A stretch of 64,000 nucleotides of DNA from an uncultured Candidatus Bathyarchaeia archaeon (GTDB lineage: Archaea > Thermoproteota > Bathyarchaeia > Bathyarchaeales > Bathyarchaeaceae): the NCBI GenBank assembly GCA_964399485.1, contig CAYNQS010000002.1, positions 110,796 through 174,795 of the forward strand, written 5' to 3'. The notes below the pieces were generated by a model, which saw only the letters and a list, made by a program, of their open reading frames with translations, did not search any database and was not told the DNA's origin. Both the position numbers and the translations under genes were made by a program. Below, piece after piece: positions 21,178 through 29,583 of the stretch (position 1 is its first letter; every line of letters begins with the position of its first letter).

Positions 21178-22203
21178 TTAGATCGGGTAGCTTCCACATA
21201 TTCTGCAGAAGCCAATCTTTGTTCTAACGTATCCTTTGCAATTTGGGCACTGTTTTCCACTTTTGTCGTTATACACTTCGGAAGGTTTTCCGAAACTTTT
21301 TCTGAAAATCTCATAATAGACCAGCTGTTCTTTACTTGTGAGTATTACATCATCCTTTTCGAGGTAGTGTTTCTTTTTCTCTTCAAAATATTCATTGGAG
21401 ATCTCATTCTCAAAATATTCAGGGAGAACCCATGTTCCTGTTCCCTGTTCTAGAGGTGCTTTTGACCTCCAAATTACTTCGTTTGGAATCAAATTTTCGT
21501 ATGTTTTCCGGAGTATAAATTTGCCATATTTTTCCCCATTTTCGATATTTACTTTTAGCTTGATAGACAACTTTTTCGCGTAATCCATGAACAACGGGTC
21601 TAGATAGGGGGCTTTCACAGTTACACCCACAGATTTCCCCATAGGTATTGACGAAAAGGTCATTTCGCCCCACATCTCAGAGAGAGCTTGGGTAAACTCT
21701 GTTTCGGATAAATTGAATTGCCATGGATATCCAAAAAGCTCGTCTAAGCCATCGCCTGTGAGAACACTTTTTATGCCCGTTTCCTTTGCAATGGTTAAGC
21801 CTATATACGCTGGCACACTGTTTCTGATATCCATTGGATCAAACGTTTTCAACACCTCTACAACTTTTCCGGCAGCGCGAACTGCGTCTTTGCTGTCAAA
21901 TTCATGAAATTCATGGTTGAGATTAAGAAAGGAAACCATTTTCTTCACGTATGGGGTGTCTCTCGGTTTTCCCTCTTTAAGAGAAACGGTTAAAGCTTTA
22001 ATGTCTGTGTTGAATGTTGCTGCCTCATAGGCTATTATGCTTGTGTCAGTCCCTGCTGAAAACAAAATGCCTTCAGCCATGTTTCTCTGCACAACTTTGT
22101 TCACTAAAGCACGAACCTTTGGTAACATACTTACATATTCATTGCACGCATGCGCTCCGATGATTCCCCAACTGTTAAAGCAGGCGCGTGGATTGAGTGA
22201 CAT
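21178..22203 (-). CDS. Asparagine-synthetase-like ATP pyrophosphatase (no glutaminase domain) with C-terminal Zn ribbon
   Basis: LFSAGTDTS PP-loop variant, TGDGLDELFG, PYLD, KFILR, WRSK, CPNC...CRIC. Confidence 0.8.
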   Translation of the reverse strand: MSLNPRACFNSWGIIGAHACNEYVSMLPKVRALVNKVVQRNMAEGILFSAGTDTSIIAYEAATFNTDIKALTVSLKEGKPRDTPYVKKMVSFLNLNHEFHEFDSKDAVRAAGKVVEVLKTFDPMDIRNSVPAYIGLTIAKETGIKSVLTGDGLDELFGYPWQFNLSETEFTQALSEMWGEMTFSSIPMGKSVGVTVKAPYLDPLFMDYAKKLSIKLKVNIENGEKYGKFILRKTYENLIPNEVIWRSKAPLEQGTGTWVLPEYFENEISNEYFEEKKKHYLEKDDVILTSKEQLVYYEIFRKSFGKPSEVYNDKSGKQCPNCKGYVRTKIGFCRICGSYPI

Positions 22204-22464
22204 TTATTTTTTTATCTCCGTTTCTGGACACAAGAAACTCAGAAGGGAGCGGGCGCGCAACCTGTCTTCGCCATATATTTCAGCGCATATTAGATGGGGT
22301 TCCTTGCAATTCTCGCAAATTAACATAATGCGTTCTGGCGATATTCTTTCAACTTTAAAAGAGCTGTTTCCGCATATTACGCATCTTGTTTCGTTTCCAA
22401 AGTATTCCCTGATCCACTCGTCTCTTTTCAAGTCGCTGTAAGGTTGAATTATTCGTTCTTGCAT
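22204..22464 (-). CDS. Small zinc-ribbon protein
   Basis: CVIC...CENC; stop abuts the next ATG (TAAATG). Confidence 0.65.
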   Translation of the reverse strand: MQERIIQPYSDLKRDEWIREYFGNETRCVICGNSSFKVERISPERIMLICENCKEPHLICAEIYGEDRLRARSLLSFLCPETEIKK

Positions 22465-22482
22465 AGTTGGTCCGCCTCGACT

Positions 22483-22584
22483 TTAGGCGTGGGTGAAATA
22501 CCAAGGTTCGGAAGGTTGTTCATTTATCCTTCTGTGTTCCAGTTTCAGTAGACCTTTGGGTTTCTCAATTTTTTTCAGTGCCAT
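22483..22584 (-). CDS. Putative 33-aa peptide ORF
   Basis: MALKKIEKPKGLLKLEHRRINEQPSEPWYFTHA; GGTGG upstream and TTTATATA box near 22640. Confidence 0.35.
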   Translation of the reverse strand: MALKKIEKPKGLLKLEHRRINEQPSEPWYFTHA

Positions 22585-22756
22585 TTCTCAACCACCCGCT
22601 ATTCAACAAATAATCTAAACATTGTACATACGTATATAAAAGTTGTGTTTTCATGAACATTTTTTCTAATTACCGATGAATTACTGAATATTGAGCACGT
22701 GGTCGAAAGAGAATTAAGCAAAAGTTCGTAAAAAACAGGTAAACGGCTGGGTGTGT

Positions 22757-22794
22757 GTTGGGTTGGGGTCAAAATTTATTCCCCAAACCCAAAC
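22757..22794. repeat. Intergenic palindrome, full copy
   Basis: GTTGGGTTGGGGTCAAAATTTATTCCCCAAACCCAAAC. Confidence 0.8.
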
Positions 22795-22881
22795 GGATTT
22801 TTTGTTGTTTTGCTGGGTTAAGTTTTTGTAGGTGACGGGGATACGTATTCTGCTCAAATACGGTAGACAGGAGTATTTCAG

Positions 22882-24093
22882 TTGAGTTACTTTAATCCGC
22901 TACTTGTTTTCGCTGTTTCAATCATCCTCTTCGTTGTCTTAATGTATCGGCGAGTAGGCTTGGGCGTTTCTTTAACGGTTGCAGCGTTTCTGATGAGCTT
23001 TCTGTCCCTCGGAATCTCAGGAACAGCAACAGTGTTATCGGAAACCTGCATGGATCAGACAGCTTTGACGCTGGTTTTCGCCAGCTTTTTCATCATGCTC
23101 TTGAGCAGACTCTACAAGGAAACAGGATTAGTTAACGTTTTAACCAGAAACCTATGCGGATTCATCAAAAACCCAAAGGTCACAGTTAGCCTTCTCCCAG
23201 CGGTCATCGGACTCTTGCCCGTTGCAGGCGGAGCCCTAATGTCAGCACCCATGGTTGAGGCTGAAGCGGACAAGATGGGACTTGACGAATCAAAGAAAAC
23301 TTATATAAACATCTGGTTCCGGCACGCCATCTTACCGGTTTATCCCGTGAGCCAGTTCCTTATCCTGACAGCAGCCTTGACCGGAACCAGCATAGACGCT
23401 CTCATCGTTAGACAAGCCCTCGTAATAGCAGTTATGATTATAGTTGGATACTTTGTAGGGTTAAGAAAAATCCGAAACATCAAAAATGCGGACTCGGAGA
23501 CAAAATCAAACCCAAAAGCCAACCTTAAAGGGTTAGCCTATTCCTTTTCGCCAATCATCATAACAGTCATTCTTACAGCCACATTAAACGTGAACATCGC
23601 AATCTCAACACTTGTAGGAGTAATCACTCTCTTGGCTATAACAAGAACTAAAGTAACAACATTCCAGAAAGTTCTGAAAAACAGAACAATATGGGAAGTG
23701 ACGCTGGCGGCTTTCGCCGCGTTATTCCTCAGAAACGTCACATTGGCTTCTGGAGCTTCACAGATTCTCGGAAGCGCCCTGACAAACACGAACCTGAGCG
23801 AAATCATAATACTTTCAGTTGTCCCAGCGGCTCTAGGCTTTCTTCTCGGCTCTCCCGCCGGAGCAGTGGCACTGAGCGTTTCGATCCTCGCCGAAACCGT
23901 GACTTTCATCCCAAAAAACGTAAGCTTAATCTACATTTCAGCGTACCTTGGCTATTTGGGCGCCCCAACACATCTTTGTCTGGTCTTCACAGCCCAATAC
24001 TTCAGGGCATCAATAAGCAAAAGCTACAAGTATTTAATTCCGTCAATAATCGTTTCAATGACCGCGGCGCTAATAACATACCTTCTGGTTTAA
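22882..24093 (+). CDS. DUF401-family multi-pass membrane protein (putative transporter)
   Basis: LPAVIGLLP..GGALMSAPMV, NIWFRH, PTHLCL motifs; about 11 TMs. Confidence 0.85.
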   Translation: MSYFNPLLVFAVSIILFVVLMYRRVGLGVSLTVAAFLMSFLSLGISGTATVLSETCMDQTALTLVFASFFIMLLSRLYKETGLVNVLTRNLCGFIKNPKVTVSLLPAVIGLLPVAGGALMSAPMVEAEADKMGLDESKKTYINIWFRHAILPVYPVSQFLILTAALTGTSIDALIVRQALVIAVMIIVGYFVGLRKIRNIKNADSETKSNPKANLKGLAYSFSPIIITVILTATLNVNIAISTLVGVITLLAITRTKVTTFQKVLKNRTIWEVTLAAFAALFLRNVTLASGASQILGSALTNTNLSEIIILSVVPAALGFLLGSPAGAVALSVSILAETVTFIPKNVSLIYISAYLGYLGAPTHLCLVFTAQYFRASISKSYKYLIPSIIVSMTAALITYLLV

Positions 24094-24178
24094 ATGCCAA
24101 AAAGCTGAAACAGTTACATAATGCTCTCGCAGATTCATGTAAAACCTTAATGCATACTACATAGAATGATTATTTGCG

Positions 24179-24490
24179 ATGAACTCCACCAAACGCATTG
24201 CCCTTAAACGCGTTCACACCCTCTTCAGCTTAGCTAAAGAAGTGATTCGTGAAGACCCTGAATTGGCTCAGCGGTACGTCCAGATCGCGCGCAGGATAGC
24301 CATGAGAACCCAACTGCGGCTTCCCAAAGAGTACAGGCGGCTAATCTGCAGAAAATGTAAAAGCTTTATTTTGCCGGGCGTGAACGGTCGCATCCGGATA
24401 CAACAGAGAAGGGAACCTCACATGGTAATAACATGCTTAAATTGCGGCGGACACACCCGTACTCCACTAAAACGGAGGAAGAAACAGTGA
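24179..24490 (+). CDS. rnp4: RNase P protein component 4 (Rpp21)
   Basis: IA..R...L, LA.RYV, CRKC...LPG...CLNCG. Confidence 0.94.
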   Translation: MNSTKRIALKRVHTLFSLAKEVIREDPELAQRYVQIARRIAMRTQLRLPKEYRRLICRKCKSFILPGVNGRIRIQQRREPHMVITCLNCGGHTRTPLKRRKKQ

Positions 24491-24780
24491 TAACACCCAA
24501 AATGAAGCGACAAATAAAGCGTGCACTCAGCGCCGAGAGACCAACAGTGCATGTTGGAAAAGAGGGGGCAACAGCCCAGATAATAAACGAAGTAGCCAAG
24601 CAGCTGGACACAAGAGAGATGATCAAAGCTAAAATATTGAGAACCGCCCTCAAAGACGAAGAGGCAAAAGACATTGCATCAAAGATTGCCGAACAGACAG
24701 AGTCGCAGCTGATTGAGGTTCGAGGCCACACCTTCCTCCTCTACAAGCGTAAGAAGAAAAAACGGGTGAAAACTTTATAA
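24487..24780 (+). CDS. YhbY/CRM-domain RNA-binding protein
   Basis: PTVHVGKEG, E.IK.KIL, EVRGHT; GTG start overlaps the rnp4 stop. Confidence 0.9.
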   Translation: MITPKMKRQIKRALSAERPTVHVGKEGATAQIINEVAKQLDTREMIKAKILRTALKDEEAKDIASKIAEQTESQLIEVRGHTFLLYKRKKKKRVKTL

Positions 24781-24867
24781 CAGTGCAGGAAAGTTGAGTT
24801 TCTAGACCACGAAACTAATATAAGACATCTCTTTTCCCTTACTGAAGGAAAATTAGGAGAAGAAACT

Positions 24868-25323
24868 TTGCCGACACCATACGACGTTCCTCCATCAGCT
24901 CTCATAGACAGGCTAGCTAAGCATCTGAAACAAGAAGTGGATGAAATAAGTCCCCCTGCATGGGCGCCATTCGCCAAAACTGGCATTCACGCCCAGCGAC
25001 CGCCCACCAACCCAGAGTGGTGGTTCATCCGATGCGCCTCTATTCTACGCAAAATCTACGTGAAAGGACCCATAGGCATCGAGAAACTCCGCCAAGAATA
25101 CGGCGGCAGAATAGACAGAGGAGCAAAACCGGAACACGCCAGAAAAGGAAGCGGCGCCATAGTCAGAAAAGCCATGCAGCAACTTCAAACAGCTGGTCTG
25201 GTGAAACCGTTAAGAAATGAGGGAAAAATAGTAACGAGTGAGGGAAGACGGCTGCTAGACAGGCTGTCCACTGAACTGAAAAGGGAACTGGAGAAAACTG
25301 TGCCCGAACTCGAAAAATATTAG
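24868..25323 (+). CDS. rps19e: 30S ribosomal protein S19e
   Basis: [31 protein letters not shown]. Confidence 0.97.
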   Translation: MPTPYDVPPSALIDRLAKHLKQEVDEISPPAWAPFAKTGIHAQRPPTNPEWWFIRCASILRKIYVKGPIGIEKLRQEYGGRIDRGAKPEHARKGSGAIVRKAMQQLQTAGLVKPLRNEGKIVTSEGRRLLDRLSTELKRELEKTVPELEKY

Positions 25324-25334
25324 GTGAAAAAAGA

Positions 25335-25664
25335 GTGAGCGAAGAAGAACTTGAAGCCCTCAGAAAAAGAAGGATGCTTGAGCTGCAGCAGAGAATGGCA
25401 GAGGAGCAGCAGCAAGCCCAAGCGCAACAGCAACTTGAGAAGCAAAAGCAGGCTCTGCTTCGCAGAATACTTACTCCTGAAGCTAGGAGACGCCTCACAA
25501 ACTTGAACATGGTTAAACCCGAGTTCACTCAGCAGCTTGAACTGCAGCTGATTCAGTTGGCTCAGCAGGGAAGAATAAACATTCCCATAACTGATGAGCA
25601 GCTGAAAGAGCTTCTTGTAAGGCTTCAGTCAGGTCGCAGAGACTACAAGATTAGGAGAGTGTAG
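25335..25664 (+). CDS. PDCD5-like DNA-binding protein
   Basis: ELE.LR..RM.EL, LTPEAR.RL.N..MVKPE, ITDEQLK. Confidence 0.93.
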   Translation: MSEEELEALRKRRMLELQQRMAEEQQQAQAQQQLEKQKQALLRRILTPEARRRLTNLNMVKPEFTQQLELQLIQLAQQGRINIPITDEQLKELLVRLQSGRRDYKIRRV

Positions 25665-25667
25665 AAG

Positions 25668-25823
25668 ATGGCAAGAAACAAACCGACCGCCAAAAAACGG
25701 AGGCTTATCAAGGCTGGAAAAGAGAAGAAACCTGTTCCCACATGGGTTATAGCCAAAACAAATGGGCGGGTTAGAACCAATCCGAAGAGGAGACGCTGGA
25801 GGCAGGGTAAGATAAAGGCTTGA
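25668..25823 (+). CDS. rpl39e: 50S ribosomal protein L39e (not in ORF track)
   Basis: [51 protein letters not shown]. Confidence 0.95.
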   Translation: MARNKPTAKKRRLIKAGKEKKPVPTWVIAKTNGRVRTNPKRRRWRQGKIKA

Positions 25824-25828
25824 GGGAA

Positions 25829-26308
25829 ATGCAGATGGAAGAACCTGTTGATGCGGCTGACGAAGAGTTAGAAGAGGAAGAAGAACTCGAAGAAGAATTA
25901 GAAGAAACCGAGGAGATAGAAGAAGAGGAATTAGATTCTGAAGTTTCCGAGGAAGAAGAGGAGTTCCCGGAAGCTGAAAAGAAGGTCAGCAGGAGAGAAA
26001 AGGAGGAGCCAGAGGAGGACATAGTTGAGGAAAGGTTCTACACGATTCCTCTAGGAAAGGCGTGGATTGTCCCGAGAAAGAAACGCGCCCCCAAAGCTGC
26101 AAGAATCGTGAAAAGTTTTGTACTAAAACACATGAAGGTTCGCACAGAGGCTGAGGGGGAGGAAGAGCCTGAGAGGCTGGTCATAGACAATGAAGTTAAC
26201 GAGAAACTGTGGAACAGGGGAATCGAGAAGCCGCCTAGAAAGATCAGAGTCCGCGTGGTTAAGGACAAGGAAGGAGTAGTAACTGTTCTTCTTGCTGAAG
26301 GAGACTGA
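25829..26308 (+). CDS. rpl31e: 50S ribosomal protein L31e with acidic N-terminal extension
   Basis: ERFYTIPL, PR.KRAPKA, NE.LW.RGIEKPP.KIRV. Confidence 0.94.
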   Translation: MQMEEPVDAADEELEEEEELEEELEETEEIEEEELDSEVSEEEEEFPEAEKKVSRREKEEPEEDIVEERFYTIPLGKAWIVPRKKRAPKAARIVKSFVLKHMKVRTEAEGEEEPERLVIDNEVNEKLWNRGIEKPPRKIRVRVVKDKEGVVTVLLAEGD

Positions 26309-26310
26309 AT

Positions 26311-26991
26311 TTGCCGCTTTTCCTCTTTGATGTTTTCGGTAACGCCAGCATAGGGGTTTACTCGCTTGTCAATGACAGAATTGCAATTGTTCCCCCGCAG
26401 GTCCCAGAGAATAAGAGAAAGAAGGTTGAGGAATGGTTGAAAGTCAAAGTTGTCGCCACCACAGTGGGCAAATCGTTGGTCACAGGCGCCCTAGCCTGCT
26501 CCAACTCCAACGGCGTAATCCTTCCCCCATTCGCCACAGAGGAGGAGGTGGCAGCCATCAAATCAGCCGCCGACATTAACGTGGCTATCATGGACACGAA
26601 AAAAACAGCCTACGGGAACATGGTGTTGGCGAACGACAAAGGCGCCGTGGCTGATCCTAGGCTGAAAAAAAGGGTTGTGAAGAGGATAGGGAACACTTTG
26701 GGGGTTGAGGTGGTCTCCAATGAGATAGCTGGGCTGCCGTATGTGGGGTCGCTTGCCACCGCCACAAACAAGGGTGTGCTGGCTCATCCCATGTTGGGGG
26801 AGGGGGAGCGGAAAGTTTTGGAGGATGTGTTGAAGGTTCCTGTGGATGTGGGGACCGTCAACTGTGGAATACCTTATGTTGCCACGGGTCTTTTAGGTAA
26901 TAGTTATGGGGCTGTGGCTGGGTTCTTGACTACTGGACCCGAAACGTTCATAATAGGACAAGCCCTTGATGTGGTGAAGGAAAATGAGTGA
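26311..26991 (+). CDS. eif6: Translation initiation factor aIF-6
   Basis: G...IGV, NSNG, GN..LAND, VGS...ATNKG...HP, GTVN.G. Confidence 0.96.
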   Translation: MPLFLFDVFGNASIGVYSLVNDRIAIVPPQVPENKRKKVEEWLKVKVVATTVGKSLVTGALACSNSNGVILPPFATEEEVAAIKSAADINVAIMDTKKTAYGNMVLANDKGAVADPRLKKRVVKRIGNTLGVEVVSNEIAGLPYVGSLATATNKGVLAHPMLGEGERKVLEDVLKVPVDVGTVNCGIPYVATGLLGNSYGAVAGFLTTGPETFIIGQALDVVKENE

Positions 26992-27235
26992 AGTCAAAGT
27001 CTTCCGAGTGATCGGGAAGATTAGGAAACCTAACTTTCAAACGGAGTTCCGGAAAGAAGTTCGAGCCTTGAAGCCGGAGGATGCAGTTGAGAAGGTGTAC
27101 ATGGAGTTGGGGAGCAAGCATAGGGTCAAGCGGTATCAGATGACCATCTTCAAGGTGGAGGAGCTGGGGCTAGAGGAGATTGAGGATGTTCTGGTGAAGA
27201 AGATGACTCCAGGAGCGGAAGAATCTGTCCAGTAA
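26984..27235 (+). CDS. rpl18a: 50S ribosomal protein L18Ae/LX
   Basis: VKVFRV.G, F.KEVRA, A.EKVY..LGSKH.VKR. Confidence 0.93.
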   Translation: MSEVKVFRVIGKIRKPNFQTEFRKEVRALKPEDAVEKVYMELGSKHRVKRYQMTIFKVEELGLEEIEDVLVKKMTPGAEESVQ

Positions 27236-27689
27236 CGAAGAGACTTTCCGTAGGTTGGCTGTGGAGTCGCGTTTCTTAGAGGAAACAGTAAACGAGCTGC
27301 AGTCCAGAATCAACCTGATAAACAGTGCCCTAACCGAGCTGAGGGTTTCAAGCATAACCTTGGAGGGGTTGGAGACGGAGCAGAAGGATTCTCAATTGTT
27401 TGTTCCTATTGGTGGAGGTTCCTATGTTAAAGCCAGATTGGAAACTGCAAGCAAGGTTGTTGTGGGCATAGGGGCAGATGTGGCTGTGGAAAAAAGCTTG
27501 AAGGAGGCAAAAGAGGAGCTGGAAACGCGGATAGCTGAGCTGGAGAAGACAAGGGAAGCCTTGGTGCAGCAGTTTAGTCAGGTTGCTGAGAGGATTCAGG
27601 AAAACAGAACGAAACTTGAAGAGGTTACGGCGAAGCTGAGGAAAGGAGAGGGGCAGAGCGGTGTTCGAGAAGCTAAGAAAAGGGCTTAG
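27225..27689 (+). CDS. pfdA: Prefoldin alpha subunit (probable CTG start 27225; TTG 27255 alternative)
   Basis: LFVPIGGGSYV..VVVGIGADVAVEK between coiled coils; conserved gene order before ftsY. Confidence 0.93.
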   Translation: MSSNEETFRRLAVESRFLEETVNELQSRINLINSALTELRVSSITLEGLETEQKDSQLFVPIGGGSYVKARLETASKVVVGIGADVAVEKSLKEAKEELETRIAELEKTREALVQQFSQVAERIQENRTKLEEVTAKLRKGEGQSGVREAKKRA

Positions 27690-28566
27690 TAGCGCCGTCA
27701 ACAAGATCGTAACTACTGAACTGAAAGCAGAGAAGCTGCGTCCCATTCTGGACGAGTTTAGGTTGAATCTTATCGAAAACGATGTTGCGGTGCCCGTAGC
27801 CTATTATATCACCGATGAGCTGGAGAAGCGGCTGGATGGAGTTGAGGTGAAGCGGCTGGGCGACCGGAAAGAGCTTGTGAAGGACACGCTTCACGAGGTT
27901 TTGATTGAGATTTTGACTACAAAAGAGACAATCAACCTGCTGGAGAACATTGAGCAGAAGAGGCAGGCTAAGGAGCCATACACGATTCTTTTTGTGGGAA
28001 TCAACGGAACAGGCAAAACCACCAGCATAGCCAAGGTTGCCTGGTTTCTGATGAAGAAGAGCTACTCGGTTGTGCTTGCCGGAAGCGACACTTACCGCGC
28101 TGGGTCTATAGAGCAGCTGGAGGAGCATTCCCGGAAGCTGGGTGTGCGGATGATAACGCATAAGTATGGTGCTGATCCTGCGGCTGTGGCGTATGATGCC
28201 ATTAGTCACGCGGAGTCCCGGGGGGTGAATGTGGTTTTGATTGACACTGCGGGGCGCATTCAGACTGACCGCAACTTGATGAGTGAGTTGAGTAAGATTA
28301 AGCGGGTGGTCAATCCGGATTTGACGGTTTTGGTTGTTGATGCTTTGATCGGGAATGATGCGGTTATGCAGGCTGAGGAGTTTCACCAGAGCGTGGGCAT
28401 TGACGGGACCATATTGACGAAGGTTGACGCGGATGTTAAGGGCGGGGCATCCCTGAGCGTAGCCCATGTGACAGGAAAACCCATCATCTTCATCGGCGTA
28501 GGACAGGATTACAAAGACCTAGAAGCTTTTGAGCCTGAACGATTCACGCAGATGATCCTCAAATAG
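27661..28566 (+). CDS. ftsY: SRP receptor GTPase FtsY
   Basis: GINGTGKTT, DTYRAG..EQL, DPAAVA, DTAGR, TKVD...KGG. Confidence 0.97.
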   Translation: MFEKLRKGLSSAVNKIVTTELKAEKLRPILDEFRLNLIENDVAVPVAYYITDELEKRLDGVEVKRLGDRKELVKDTLHEVLIEILTTKETINLLENIEQKRQAKEPYTILFVGINGTGKTTSIAKVAWFLMKKSYSVVLAGSDTYRAGSIEQLEEHSRKLGVRMITHKYGADPAAVAYDAISHAESRGVNVVLIDTAGRIQTDRNLMSELSKIKRVVNPDLTVLVVDALIGNDAVMQAEEFHQSVGIDGTILTKVDADVKGGASLSVAHVTGKPIIFIGVGQDYKDLEAFEPERFTQMILK

Positions 28567-28577
28567 AAAAGAACCAC

Positions 28578-28603
28578 TAAAGTTTATGCCCAAACCCAAA
28601 CGG
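28578..28603. repeat. Intergenic palindrome family, right-half copy
   Basis: TAAAGTTTATGCCCAAACCCAAACGG; shares CCCAAACCCAAACGG exactly with the 22757 copy. Confidence 0.7.
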
Positions 28604-28641
28604 TTCCATCTTTTTACATTAAGCGGTTACGCATATCTCGG

Positions 28642-28953
28642 TTACGTTGGCCACGATTTTTTAAGATCGAGGAAATATTGTTCATCAATTTCTGTTTCAT
28701 CTTTGAATCTGACTGTTATGTATATCGTGAAACTTCCCCATCCAGATGATTCCAGTGCAAATTTCGATTTTCTATTATCCGAAATTCTTAGTGGATTAGG
28801 AAACGTTGGATGAAGAAGATACTGAACATATTCAATTCTATCTAGGACCTTATCTTCTTCGTCTACAAAAACTCTCCACTGATACCAATTATAGCCGCCT
28901 TTTTTTACAACTTTCTTGGCATAATTATTAAATCGAATTTTCATAACAATCAC
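28642..28953 (-). CDS. Stand-alone prokaryotic YEATS (pYEATS) domain protein
   Basis: W.VFV...LD.IEYV.Y.LHPTFPNP.R......KF.LESSGWGSF.I...V.FKD matches the YEATS signature. Confidence 0.85.
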   Translation of the reverse strand: MIVMKIRFNNYAKKVVKKGGYNWYQWRVFVDEEDKVLDRIEYVQYLLHPTFPNPLRISDNRKSKFALESSGWGSFTIYITVRFKDETEIDEQYFLDLKKSWPT

Positions 28954-29423
28954 ATCCTATTCGCTTTTTGCGTAGTTGCTAACGGATAAAATGGCCTGAC
29001 CTCCCATTTTTTGCCACTTCTCTCAGTTAAGCTAAGTCTTACAACCTGCTTTGGTTTAACGGTTGATGGAAGAGTAGATTGCCATCCTCCATGTGCTAAT
29101 GCTAAATCCATTCTACCTTCTTCAATTATTTTGCCCGCCTCTCTGATTTCGTAGATGCATTTGTCAACATCCAAATCTACATCAATCGGATTTTCTGGTG
29201 AAAAATCCAAATTAACCTTGATGTCATAGGGAGGAAGAGTCCACTTCAGCGCAGTTACAGTTGCTCCAACTATTTCCGCTATTACTGCTCCAAGACCCCA
29301 TTTCGCAAAATCCGAAGTTCTTACAGCTTCACCAAAAACTCCTATGTTAGCAAACAAGACAACAATAGCAGTGAGTACGGTTACCGCTAGAAACGCTAAT
29401 AGTAACATAACTCTTTCTTTCAT
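28950..29423 (-). CDS. Hypothetical protein, two N-terminal TMs plus beta-rich domain
   Basis: Two hydrophobic helices; GTGA stop/start overlap with the pYEATS gene. Confidence 0.75.
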   Translation of the reverse strand: MKERVMLLLAFLAVTVLTAIVVLFANIGVFGEAVRTSDFAKWGLGAVIAEIVGATVTALKWTLPPYDIKVNLDFSPENPIDVDLDVDKCIYEIREAGKIIEEGRMDLALAHGGWQSTLPSTVKPKQVVRLSLTERSGKKWEVRPFYPLATTQKANRM

Positions 29424-29583
29424 GTAGAAACACCTTGCCCATTAGCTGTTATTCAAAGAAGTAATATAAAACATCTCGCAGGCGCATACAGATGGTTAGT
29501 TATATCATCTTTTTTAAGTTAGAAACGATTCATTTAAGTTTGGTAATTGGGTTTCTGCATTTTCGGGTCTAGTCGGGAGGAAG

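Noticed and set aside
22483..22584. Lasso-peptide precursor interpretation
   Set aside because: No Thr(-2)/Gly1 core with an acidic residue at 7-9, and no transglutaminase-like peptidase or RRE gene nearby
27673..28467. 264-aa - strand ORF
   Set aside because: Antisense shadow of ftsY
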